Of a stretch of DNA of 64,000 nt, positions 51,640 to 64,000 are shown in pieces (the first letter of the stretch is position 1; every line of letters starts with the position of its first letter). A program made the position numbers and the translations under genes. This stretch comes from Octopus sinensis (lineage: Eukaryota): NCBI RefSeq assembly GCF_006345805.1, contig NC_043021.1, positions 7,378,001 through 7,442,000 of the forward strand. The letters run 5' to 3'. Under the pieces are notes generated by a model that was not told where the DNA came from, ran no database searches, and saw nothing but the letters and a program-made list of their open reading frames with translations.

Positions 51640-52290
51640 CAAGTATACACACAAACAATTACACACAAACACATACACACACACACCAATACATACACGC
51701 ATACAAATGTATATATAACTATATACATACATGCATGCATACAAACATAAAGTAACGTACGCATTTACACACTTGCATTATTGCACATGTACATACACAG
51801 ACACATACATACGTCTTCTTGTACACATATACACACGTATAATAAGGCGTTAATTTCTTTTGTATATATACACACACACACATATATATATATACATACA
51901 TACATATAGAAACAAATATATATTTAAAGAGTTATACACAGACATGTATTTATGTATGTACATGTTTTGTTTAGAAAAGTCCTTTCTAGTGTGTACATGT
52001 GTGTGTGTGTGTGCGCGTGCATTTGTGTGAGTGCGTGTCTGTGTGTGCATGCATATATGTACACACACACATATCTATATTTATAAATATGTGTTGTGTG
52101 TGTATGCGCGTGTATGCGTGTGTGCGCGTGTATGTGTTGTGTGTGTATACATATATGTCTATATGGTTTTGTGTACAGTTATCCAGACGCACATGCATAC
52201 GCAATTAAGAGCTAATAATATTATCTACATATATGTCTAAATGATATATTAAACACACAACACAGACACGAACGCGTATATGTATGTATA

Positions 52291-52336
<46 letters not shown>

Positions 52337-52489
52337 ATATATATATATATGTATATATAATTTATATATATATGTATGTATATATATATATATACATACA
52401 TATAGAAACAAATATATATTTAAAGAGTTATACACAGAACATGTATTTATGTATGTACATGTACATAGATGTCAATCTATGTTCATTTA

Positions 52490-52524
<35 letters not shown>

Positions 52525-52647
52525 TATATACATACAAAGTGAAGTTGTGTTGATACACACACACATATATATAAACATATATATGCATATACATATTATA
52601 CTACATACACACATATATATGTATACACATATACATACATATATATG

Positions 52648-52681
<34 letters not shown>

Positions 52682-52762
52682 TAACACACACACATATATA
52701 TACATATATGCACACATATATATGTATATTATATTATATGTATATTTACATATGTGTGTGTG

Positions 52763-52815
<53 letters not shown>

Positions 52816-53100
52816 ATACGTGTCCGTGCGTGAGTGTGAGTGAATAACGCATCTTTGTGCTTGTGCGTGCGTGCGTGTGTGTGTGTGTCTGTGTGCGCGC
52901 GCAAACACAGACATGTTTGGCCAAAGTAATGAAGTAGAAATACAAGGGGGGAGAAGCGTGGATTTTGAAATATTTGTATAAACGCAAGCACACATACACA
53001 CTCACACACGCGCACACACACACACGCGCACAGGTACACGCATGAAGGCACGCACACACACACACACACACACACATAAACACGTATATAAATACGTGGA
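51640..53100. repeat. compound (CA)n/(TA)n microsatellite field
   Basis: Directly visible; includes a ~75-bp local duplication (51890-51965 / 52390-52462). Confidence 0.9.
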
Positions 53101-53204
53101 AAAACAAAAAAAAACACCTATTGACTTTGGATTAAATCAAATACAAGGAAAGATTAGTTTGAATTATTTAATTATTATCTGATTAATAGAATAATATTTC
53201 CGTT

Positions 53205-53304
53205 NNNNNNNNNNNNNNNNNNNNNNNNNNNNNNNNNNNNNNNNNNNNNNNNNNNNNNNNNNNNNNNNNNNNNNNNNNNNNNNNNNNNNNNNNNNNNNNN
53301 NNNN
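53205..53304. other. assembly gap (100 N)
   Basis: N run. Confidence 1.
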
Positions 53305-53850
53305 TATATGTATATATATGTATATATATGTATATATATAATATACATATATATATATATATGTACACACATATGTGTGTGTCTCTCCTTGTCTTGGACA
53401 GCACATGATAGCTGTAAGTGCCACTGTCATACAAGAAGTGTCATTTGTTTCTAGTCTTCCCTTATTGGGAAACAGGTGAGGGTTGGCAACAGGAAAGGCA
53501 ACCAGCCAGAGGAAATCTGCCTCCAGCAAAATTTTGTCTGACCCACACAAGCATGGAAAAGTGAATATTAATATGATGATGAGAATGAATAGGTGTAGTG
53601 CACTGTGTAACTTCACTTTTGTCCTTTGGTATCAACTGTTATTTCCTCTTTGCTTACCCCTGGAAACTATGAAAGATGGCTCATATTTCCTTCAAACATT
53701 CCTTTTCATACATTTATCCAAACCCCACAGAGTCCTTCTCAACATATGGCTATGATGCTCCTCCACTAGTACTGATCATGATCAGTGATGCACATATCGT
53801 CAGCCACTAACAAACATGCTCAAGGGGTTACGGTCAAGCAACTGATAAGC

Positions 53851-54270
53851 AAATCTGAGGTATTGAGCAAAATATTTGCTATAATGATATTTCTACTTCA
53901 GCAACTCAGTATGAAATCTGTCTGAAATCTAATGGAAAATAGGTCAGTTTCAAAACACTGGTATCCAGGACAGAAAAGCAAAGTTTGAAGGGAATAGTAA
54001 TTTCCTTTGATTTCTAGATAGAAGCAAATAGGAAATAACACTTACTGACCAAACACAATCAAATCTGTGGTATTGAGCAGAATATTTGCTATAATGATAT
54101 TTCTGCTTCAGCAACTCAGAATTGTATCTGTCTGAAATGTAATGGAAAATAGGAGAGTTTCGAAACATTGACGTCCAGGTGAGAAAAGCAAAGTTTGAAG
54201 GGAATAGTAGTCATTTCTTTTGATTTCTAGATAAAAGCAAATAGGAAATTACATTTATTGACCAAAGACA
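53851..54270. repeat. ~210-bp tandem dimer of an interspersed repeat also present at ~28728-28925
   Basis: AAAAGCAAAGTTTGAAGGGAATAGT..TTTGATTTCTAGATAGAAGCAAATAGGAAATAACAC occurs twice here and once at 28.8 kb. Confidence 0.75.
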
Positions 54271-56386
54271 AAAAACAAAAAAAAATTTGTTAAGCTGTTT
54301 TTAGAATTTTTGGCAATCTCAAATTTAGGAAGGAAAACACACAAAAAATTTTTGAAAGAAACTTCATTTGCCTTTATTAATTTAAATTATGCGTACAGCA
54401 ACAACAAGAACAACAAGAATTGTTTAAACATTTAACATGTTTCAGAGACCAGCTTTGTCACAATCTAGCAGAGATCACATTATGGCTACAAACAAACAAA
54501 CAAAAAAAAATAATAAAGTAACAAATAAATTAAACAAAAAACAAAAAAAAATCAAAACAAACAAGAAAAAGGTCCTAAAAGAGTGAAAGGAGGAGGGAAA
54601 TAGAATACAGAAAGAGGAGGGTGGTTTGGGATTAATGAGACATCTGCAGAATTTTTTAAGGGTTTTTTGGTTTTTTTTTGTTTTTGCTGTCACAACAGCA
54701 GGGAAGGAGGGAGGGAGGGAATACGTCAACTTCCAATAATTTATTTTGTATTTATTTATTGTTAAGTTTTTCTTTTTTTTTTTGTTAGTTTTGAAGTTTT
54801 TCACACTATTTGAAGTAGAGGTAGGTGTGGGAGTTATATTCCAGGAATGTTAGATAAATAGATTAGAGATTAACTCCCACTCCCCACTATGACACTTCCA
54901 ACAAAAAAAAAAAGTTTTATTTATAAGTTTCAACACATGTTTATTGGCACATGCACTTCACCAGTTATAGAACACACATCATCAGGGGTTTTATTTATTT
55001 ATTTATTTTTACACAGATCAATCATTTGAAAACATCGCATGCAGAAAATAGTTGATTAAAAGCAAAAAAAAAATTTTTTTAAATAAATAAAAATAAAGGA
55101 GAGAGAAAGAGAGAAAAAGAGAAGAAACAAAATACGGGAGAGAAAAAACTCTTTTTTTTTTTGTTATGCATAAAAAGCCTGACATTGGTTTTAAAGACAA
55201 ACATCATTTCTAAGCATCTTGTTTTGAGAAGGGACTACTTTTCAGTCTCTATAATGGCACAAGAAAAATTGGTAGAATGGTAGCTGTTATTCTATTGATT
55301 TCAGCCGAAGGCTGTGGCCATGCTGAGGCACTGCCATTGTTAGCAAGGGGGGGGGGAATAGCTTTTTAATATATAGACATAAAATCTAAATGCAAGAATC
55401 ATAAAGATTAGCAGCTAAATTATCATTTTTTTTAATTGTTTTTCTTTCTTTTAACTTTTGGGAAACTGAGTGCACACACACACGTGTATATTTATATACA
55501 CCTTTGATTTTGTTTTATCTTTACACACATTGCTACACATAAAGTAGAGAGAACAAGTGCATCTTCCAATCAAAATGCAATGCTTTATAATTCCTCATTC
55601 ATTAATTATTTTTCTTACTATGTTTTAATTAACAGGTGGGGGGGAAACTTATGAAGCAGTAATTGTCCTTTCATTCCCACTCACTCTTGCACAAACACAT
55701 GTTCAAATCAAAAGTAAAACTGATTGTTAGGGGTGGTGGTCACTGACTTTGACTTCAGAGTTTTCTTAAAGGTCTGTATTTAAAAATTTTTTCTAGTTTA
55801 TTCCACCCCCAAATTTATCATTATTATTATTATTATCATTATTATTATTCATGACATTATTTCATTGCTTTTGATTAAAGCAGAAGGCCAAATGTTTGTT
55901 TCTGTCATATGAAAAGTATGGATTACAAAAAAAAATGTCTATAGATATTCCATTTGAATTCACTGTTCCAGTATGTAACTGGTATCTATTTTCTCAACTG
56001 ATTCTTCGATTTGGAGGACAAAAGAGATGGCAATGACAAAGCTACCTCGGAGTCCATAGTCATCTATGATTCACATGGGATTTGAACTTAAGCCATTGAG
56101 CAGTCAAATCAGGTGCCTTTACAAACCAAAGGTCCATACCAGCATTCTACAGGTTTAGCTATCTCCATTGGTAGTTTTTAAAATTCATGTTTCGTTAAAG
56201 TATGCTAGTATGCAGTACAGACCTATGGGTACATATATAGTCAAGCACTTTATGTATATATATATACATAATGTATGTAAACTCACACACTCATATATAT
56301 AAATATATGTATGTGTACACACACACATACATAAATATATGTATGTGTACACACACACATACATAAATATATGTATGTATGTATGT

Positions 56387-56438
<52 letters not shown>

Positions 56439-58159
56439 CATATACCCATACATACACACACATTCTAAGCAGCGAGGTTAAAGGTTGCTTCTATTTTTTT
56501 TTTTTGTGTGTGCATGAAACACTAAAATACTCCATATGTATTTGTAGAGAATCTCATAAGATCGTAGAATAAATATTTAGTACCTGGAGTTACTTTAAAC
56601 CTTTTTGCTTCAATGACTACAACAAAAGTCTACTGAAAATCATGCTATGTTCCATATTGCTGGACTCCATAGCATGAAGCAATGGTATAGAAGCAACTAC
56701 AGGTGCTATATATTTCTTTTATCATTAGGTATATGAATATAGATGGTGATAGACTTTTAAAGAATTATTTTCATTGTTAGATGTTTTCCAGTACTTAATT
56801 TTTTTGTTCTTTCTATTCTTACAAATCTGTTTTCAAATTTTCACTATGATAGCACTTACCTAACACTAACCCTAACAAATTAAGGCATAACGCAGCTAAA
56901 CAGCTTTGAAAATTAAAAACTGTAAAAAGAAATGAACATAAAATAATGAAGTTGTATATTTAAATGTGTATGTGTGTGTATATATTTATTTGTATACTGG
57001 TATATGTCAATGTGTATGCTTGTGTATATATACCTAGACTTGTGAATGACCATGTACAGCTAAGGAGAGGAATGTATGAAAGAGTCTGCATGTTAAACTG
57101 TCAACATGTATGTTATGTTTACACATTAGATATACATAACACTCTTTCTCTCTCTCACACACACACACACACACATGTATATATATACACATACTACACA
57201 TACAAAGCCTAGAAAGGGATGTGATATGTTAAAACAGGCTGATTTGCAGTTGACACACTTTGTCAAGAATTAAGTCTTGTCAAAACAGTGGAATGATTTC
57301 AGAATATTTTCACTCTTCATGTTTACATAACATCATGAGGCTGTATTTGCAAATAGTTTTACATGCACAATCACTTTATGGTCAAAGCAAAAAGAACTCA
57401 ATACCAGTGGTAGAGTAAAGTTATTGTGTATATTATACATTTCATTCAGGGTGTTTTACATCATCTAACTACTCAAGAGTGGCTGTTATACTATGATCAC
57501 ATGGCACTACACACATCATACACAGGAAAGTGGCCTTGTACTTTTAGGGAGTACAAATGAGGTCATATTGTGTGGTGGAGATATCTTTTTTTTCCTTTTT
57601 GTTTTGTCTCAAACTGATTAGGCAGAATTAAGTGAATAGAAGGAGACATGCAATGGTTAAAATCAGGAATCAGAAAATTTTTTTGAAGAAACAAAAAAAA
57701 AAAAAATACACAGACTTCAGTAAGATGAAGGAAGAAAACCGAACAAAAATAATAATAATAATAATAAAAATAAAGATACTGAAAAAAAAAATCACGCAAA
57801 AAGATTCAAAACTGGTAAACGAAGCAATAAGTTTACTCTTTAATTAATGTACAACTCATTGAAGGAGATCACAGAAGCATAGTATTATAGATTAATTATC
57901 ATTTGTCGTCATTATAATTTCAAGTAATTAACACTACTGACACTACTCTTGTCATTTAACAGTTGAGATCAACCACAGTCCTAGGTTCAGAAAAGTAATT
58001 TTGATGTTTCTTGGTAGCATTAAATTCATACATACATACCTACCTACACATGAACACACATTAATACACACACACACACACACGCACTAGTTCTAACATG
58101 GTCATTCAAAAGCCTTAATTGAAACAACGGCTAAATAATTAATTAAATAATAATAATAA

Positions 58160-59110
58160 TTCTTTCTACTACAGGCACAAGGCCCCCCCGAAGTTTTGAG
58201 TGGGAGAGTGGGTGGGTGGGTGGGTGGGGCAGTTGCTGTTTACATTAACCCCAGTGATCTATCGACCCCCAAGGGGATGAAAGGCAAAGTTGACCTCAGT
58301 GACAGTTGATTTCAGAAAGCCAAAAGACTGGGAGAAAAGCCACTAAGCATTTACTCCAGTACTAACAATTCAGCCGGCTTGCTACCTTAATAATAATAAT
58401 AATCCTTTCTACTATAGGCACAAGGCCTGAAATTTGGCTGGAGGGGAAAAGTTGATTATATCAACCCCGGTGTATTACTGGTACTTAATTTATCGACCTC
58501 AGCGGAATTTGAACTCAGAATGTAGTGGTCGGTGAAATACTGTTAAGCATTTCGTCCAACACGCTAATGATTCTGCCAGCTCACCACCTTAATAATAATA
58601 ATAATAATAAAATAATAATAATAATAATCCTTTCTGCTATAGGCACAAGGCCTGAAATTTTGAGAGCAAGGCAGCAAGGCCTGGAATTTTTGGAAGAGGG
58701 GTAACTAGTTGATTACACTGACCCTCAGAACTCAGCTGGTACTTAATTCATCAATCTCGAAAGGATGAAAGGCAATGTCAACCTTGGCGGAAATGTGAAC
58801 TGAGAAGAGAAAGATGGACAAAATGCTGCTAAGCATTTTTGCCTGAAGTGAATAATTATTTCTCACACTGGGACAAAGCCACACAACTGTAAGAGGAGAA
58901 AAGTGGCGGTGGTGGTGGGGGGGTTTAGCAGAAATTGATAGATTTGACCTCAGCAAATGTCTGGAGCACATTTTACAGACTTCATAGGAATGAAAAAAAG
59001 GCAAAGTTGATCCAGGCAAACTATAAATGCAGAACAGAGAGAGAGAGAGAGAGAATTAAATATTATATTGCACTTCATCTGACATTCTACGGTTCTGGCG
59101 GTCTACACCA
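58160..59110 (-). mobile_element. four CpG-decayed SINE B copies separated by (AAT)n
   Basis: GGATGAAAGGCAAAGT / GGCACAAGGCCTGAAAT motifs. Confidence 0.8.
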
Positions 59111-62100
59111 TTCTCTAACATAATTACAATTGACATTGTTTACAATTATTATTGATTGTTATTATAATTATAATTATTATTATTATTATTAGTGTTGAAA
59201 ATCTGGGGGAGAGGGGATAAAAAAAAATACTGAAAAAATAATTATAAAACAAAATTGAAGAAATAATTTACAAGAGAAGCATAAAGCGAATCAATCATAC
59301 ACACGTTTGTTCTTGGTTCCAGTCATTCTTCATATTTTTACATCGGATAGTCTCTTTGTCATGACGACATCATCATCATCATTGCATTTCGCATGCACAA
59401 TCTGGAATATTCTCTCTTCCAACACACACACACACACACATCTGCATTCACACTTGATTGGCTCTGTAGTGATTTCTCACCTAGGTCAAAGTTTAATAAC
59501 ATTATTATTATTATTATTGTTATTATTATTATTATTATCAATATAAGTTGGTGGTGGCCATCATTTTTGGTTTTTTTTGAAGGGTTATATTTTTTTTTAT
59601 TTTCTTGATGCAGTTCTTTGTTCTTTTTTTCCTCCTACCTCCCTCCTCTTCCTCCTTCCATTCCTCTTCTTCCTCCTCCTTTTATTTAAATAGTTTCTTT
59701 CATTTTGTCAGGGTATTTTTTTTGTTTTTGTCAACAATTCATTTGTTCTTTTATCATTCATATTTTATTTCATGGTTTTGTTTAGTTCTTGATTTATCTT
59801 TTTTTTTTCTTATTTTATATTGGTAGATTTATGTTTTTTTTTTCTTCCTCCAATTTTAAATTGGAGTGGGTTTTGATTTGGTTTCGTACAATCTGGTTAC
59901 AGTTTGGTTTCAGTTTGGTAAATTTTCATATAGTTTGGTACAGTTTACTTAAAACAATTTCAGAACTGGTATTTTCTCTTTGTGTTGTGATTCTAAATTC
60001 ACTTACTTCTGTGTGTGTGTGTGTGTGTGTGTATTTTCCTTTTTCTTTTTTTTTTTTTTTTTTGAGCATGACATTATTGAGTAAGAGTATTCTGCACATG
60101 TAGTTGAACTAAATGATTTCATTTTATTGTAGTCTCCATGAGAGACAAAGTGGGACAGATTGAAAGATGTATGTGTGTATATAAATAATCAGAGAGAGAG
60201 AGAGAGAGAGAGAAATTGGACAGAAAGACTGAAGAGAAAAATCATGTACATATATAAATACTATACAATCATATACAGCAAGTTTGTGTATCATACAACT
60301 GTGAATCTCTTCTGGCAATGATTTTTAAACTCTTGTGTGTCTTATTAAAGAAAAATTGTCTCTTTAACATTTTTTGTGGGTTTTTTTTTTTTTATGTCAC
60401 TGTTTAGCTTGGTCTCTTCTTTTAAATTGTGTTGTCTTTATGTAAGGAATGAATAAAATTATTTATTTATTTATTTATCTAGTGTCTCTAAGGATCTCCA
60501 GTAGGGAATTTCAAAGACAGGTTGGTGCTCAGCACCAAGTTAAAATAAGCATAAGCTGTTGTTGCCAAAAAAAAAAAAAAAAAAAAGGAAAAAAAAAATT
60601 TTGAAAGAAAAAAAATCATTTCTCGCAGCCATTTTTTTTTTTTTTGTTTTTCTCTTTACAAAGCCTGACCATGAAATGTCAGTCTTAAAAAGTGAACATT
60701 TCCATGTCTGATTCCTCTATAGCCTGTGACAGACAAGACAAATAGGGTGGACTGAGGTAATGTAGAATTAAGTGTTCTGGCCTGAAAAAAAAAACCCAAA
60801 CATTTTACACACTGAAACGGACATTTTCGGCATCTACTTCTAATTAATTATATTTATTCATTTTTTTTCTTTTCTGCTTCCTCTTCCTTGCCATTTCAAA
60901 TGGAAACATTTGGTAATTCATTATTCAGTCAATATTTATTCATCATTCATTTGGTCTGTTGCTATTGTTGTTGTTCATTTTTCTCTTTTTCTTTTTCTTC
61001 ATTTTTACTATTTCAAACTTCTATAATGTTTGTTATTTTAATTTTTTGTTTTATCATTACATTTTTTTTTTGGTTATATTATTTTAATTTTGTCGTATTT
61101 TCTTCCTTTTTGATTTTCTTTTTCATCTTCTTAACATTTTTTTTTTAATCAGTCTACACGTGATCACACACATACACAAATTAGTGTACGGTGTTTTTGT
61201 TTCTTTTTTTTTAATATATATATTTGTCTTTTTGTTGAATTTTTGCTTTGTTTCTTTCCCTTCACTTCCGTGTATTGAATGTCACAAATGCACAAATTCC
61301 GAATCAAGTGTTTTTTTTGTGTCGGTAATTCTGTCGTTTATGTAATGCAACTCCCAGTAGTCAACTGATGAGAAAAAAAGTCACTTTGCAAGCCAACCAT
61401 CCAACTAGCCAGCCAGCCTGCCAGTCCGTCAGTCACTTGTACAGCCTCCCCAAACCACACACACAAACAAACATACCAGTAAATATATATTCCTCTCCAC
61501 CAAAAAAACAAAACAGGAATGATGGTTGAAATGGTGGTAAAGATAAAGATGATGTTGTTGTTAACGATAATGGTGGTGGTGATGATGGCTGTAGTGGCGG
61601 TGATGGCAGCGGTGGTCATAGTGGTGGCTTTACAAGTGATTGATAGAAGCCGTGTGACAATGTGATCTGTTCAATACAATCTCTGAGGATATTAATACCA
61701 AGAACAAAAAAAATATATATGTATATATACTTATAAATAATTAGAATAAATGTTGGTACTAATTAGCATTCGCAGCAGCAGCAGCACCAGCCAGTATGTT
61801 GTAGTGTTGTCTTTCTGAGTTGTGATGTGGTCTTCATAATGTTTTCAATTGTTGTTGTTGTGGACTTTGGTTTGTGTTACGTGTTGGCATGCAGTTGTGA
61901 AAGAAAAGCTATCTGTATTTGTAAGGATAATCAACACTAAGATTAAGTAATGTAAGATTAAGTAAAGATAGATGAATTAATTTCTTAATTTGATACAAAG
62001 ACAAGTTAATGAGATTGGCATTTAGTGTAATAAGTAAAAAAAAAAAAAAAACCTTCAAAACACAAATTGAAAGAAGGGATTTTTTGACACCAGGCAGTGG

Positions 62101-63126
62101 AACTCCTTTAGTTTATCACAAGCATGAATCTTATTCCACAGTTCTTGCCCATATGAACAATACATAAGTAGGTTTTATGTACCAAAGTTTAAATCACTAA
62201 GGAAAGGCAGAAGGGTGGTGACTGAAGCTGTTTGACAATTCATACCTTTCTCAAATATATTAGCAAGGAAAGGAAAGTAACTTGATGTCCAATAAGATAT
62301 GAAAACCATCTCAAAGACCTGGCAAGCTATAAAAAGTTTACCACTTTCTCCTTAACAAGCAATCACCGCAAGAAGAGGATATAGGAATGGTATAAAATAT
62401 CAAGACTGTCAGTCAATCATTAATACCCTTTCTTTTGATTAATTAATTAATTAATTAATTTATTTATTTATATATTTTTGATAAATACACTATTACAAAC
62501 TAACATTGGTTTACATAGGAAAGAAAAAGTAGGTAGGTTGAGAAGGTGGAGGTAATGAACAACAGAAGAAGAGAGTGGGTCTAACCAGCTCAGAAATATA
62601 AGGTTAAAAAACCACCTTTATAATACAGAAGATTTCGAAAAATAAAATACAAATATAGATATTTTTCTTAATCATCCTTAATTTAAATTTAACATCTTGT
62701 ACAAATACAGAATTAGCCAGAAACAAAATTTCTCAAATGATCTCTTTTTTCATATTGTGAAACCGTTTTTGGTGTGCGTTTGTGTGTGTGTTATTGTTTA
62801 CATTTATTTATATCCATGCTTATTATTATTATTATGCCTCCCCACCCCCTAGATATTTGCTGTTCCTATTACAGGCTACCCTTCAATTAAGTAAGAGTGC
62901 CACCCTGTTTTTCCATCTGGCAAGAAGAGTTATGGACATTTACCTTAAGAATTCAATTAGGTTTGAAGTCAACAGATCATAGACCTGAACTTATTAAAAA
63001 TACAAACAACAACAATAATAATAATAATAATAATAATACAAGCAAATAATTTGTTTCTTTTGTTTTTTAGCTACTCCCCAAAGAATGAGTTTTTCTGCGA
63101 AATCGAAAAAAATAAAGCCTACTCAC

Positions 63127-63219
63127 TTCTTAGCGGAAATCGTCATATTTTCCCGCTGCTTGTCATGAAGTCAGTAAAGTGAGGAGAGCCATGAACAAGG
63201 TCATGATACTGAGTCATAA
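63127..63219 (-). CDS. candidate stop-containing exon of an unknown host gene
   Basis: Pyrimidine tract then ACACAG| acceptor, frame (x)MTQYHDLVHGSPHFTDFMTSSGKI*, strong donor GAA|GTGAGT; no homology recognised. Confidence 0.3.
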
Positions 63220-64000
63220 CTGTGTTTTTATCAGACAAAGATTGGAGAGAAAGAGAGAGAGAGAGTGTGTGTGTGGATGTGCAGAAAACTGGCTTTAAAT
63301 TTTGTACCTAACTCTTTATTCAGTAAGGACACTGGAAAGTTTTCCAAGTATATCTTTTGCACAATAAAGAACATACAATTAAGTGCATGCTAACATAATG
63401 AGCCAAAAAGAATTTTTAATCAATTGAAATTAAACCCATATTGAAAAGAATTCAAAGAAGGCAAGAGAATGAACTCCATCATTCAAATTGATTCAAAATT
63501 AAATGGCATCATCATAAATTCTAGTCAGATCTGAATGTAGACTTAACCTGACAACTAGGAATACAATAGCACTCTTATATTATTGCTTTGATCCCCTCTC
63601 CTACCCCTTATTAGGGATAACGAATATCATATGGCTCACGAAATAGAGGAAGAAAAACACAGAAAAATGAAAAACAGATGTTTTTTTGAGAAAACATCCT
63701 AGAACACGAGTTAGCAAGACCTCATCAGACAATTTTTACATTCAAAGGATATGCTATCCTTACTGGTTGCTATCATACCGATATACCATCTATAGTGGTC
63801 GATATAACCAAATAATGAAGACAATGCAGAGTCAAACAACCAACTAAATATAGCAGCCAACTCTCCCTCAAGCGTATCTAAATTTTCTTTGAAATGGGGA
63901 CTACATGTTAGAAGTTGCAAAATTTTCAAGATGGATTGTCCTATAAGGAAGATTGAATGATCACAAGAATGTTTATCAAACACTTAGCTCTGACTCAAAT

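Noticed and set aside
53851-54270. 210-bp dimer as a retrozyme
   Set aside because: No ribozyme core found on either strand
63711-63983. 90-aa ORF with CTGATGAG near its stop
   Set aside because: No recognisable homology; no GAAA or stem partners for a hammerhead

Overview
AT-rich, microsatellite-dense eukaryotic DNA, mostly non-coding. The tRNA-derived SINE families and the (TA)n/(CA)n/(GATA)n load suggest an octopod cephalopod genome (inference). There is no intact protein-coding gene; almost all listed ORFs are microsatellite or SINE read-throughs. The window is a mosaic of three or four tRNA-SINE families (about 40 copies, with dimers, chimeras and shuffled domains), decayed autonomous elements (RTE and CR1/L2-type LINEs, Gypsy integrase plus LTR, hAT, piggyBac, FLYWCH/MULE, Penelope GIY-YIG), MITEs, a Helitron and a 16-bp minisatellite. 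The most notable signal is a set of hammerhead-ribozyme (HHR) motifs in several non-coding Penelope/retrozyme-like repeats, most of them next to (TA)n tracts. These include canonical or minimal type I HHRs (18.2-18.9 kb, 19.46 kb, 8.75 kb, 3.85 kb and decayed copies), a tRNA-headed HHR element, and a three-copy family (19.9, 28.5, 36.9 kb) whose hammerhead strands lie in a non-circularly permuted, pseudoknotted order with compensatory base changes. Beyond the 100-N gap (53.2 kb) the DNA looks CpG-depleted and may be the 3' end of a minus-strand host gene. All structures were read by eye; boundaries are approximate and nothing was computed or searched.
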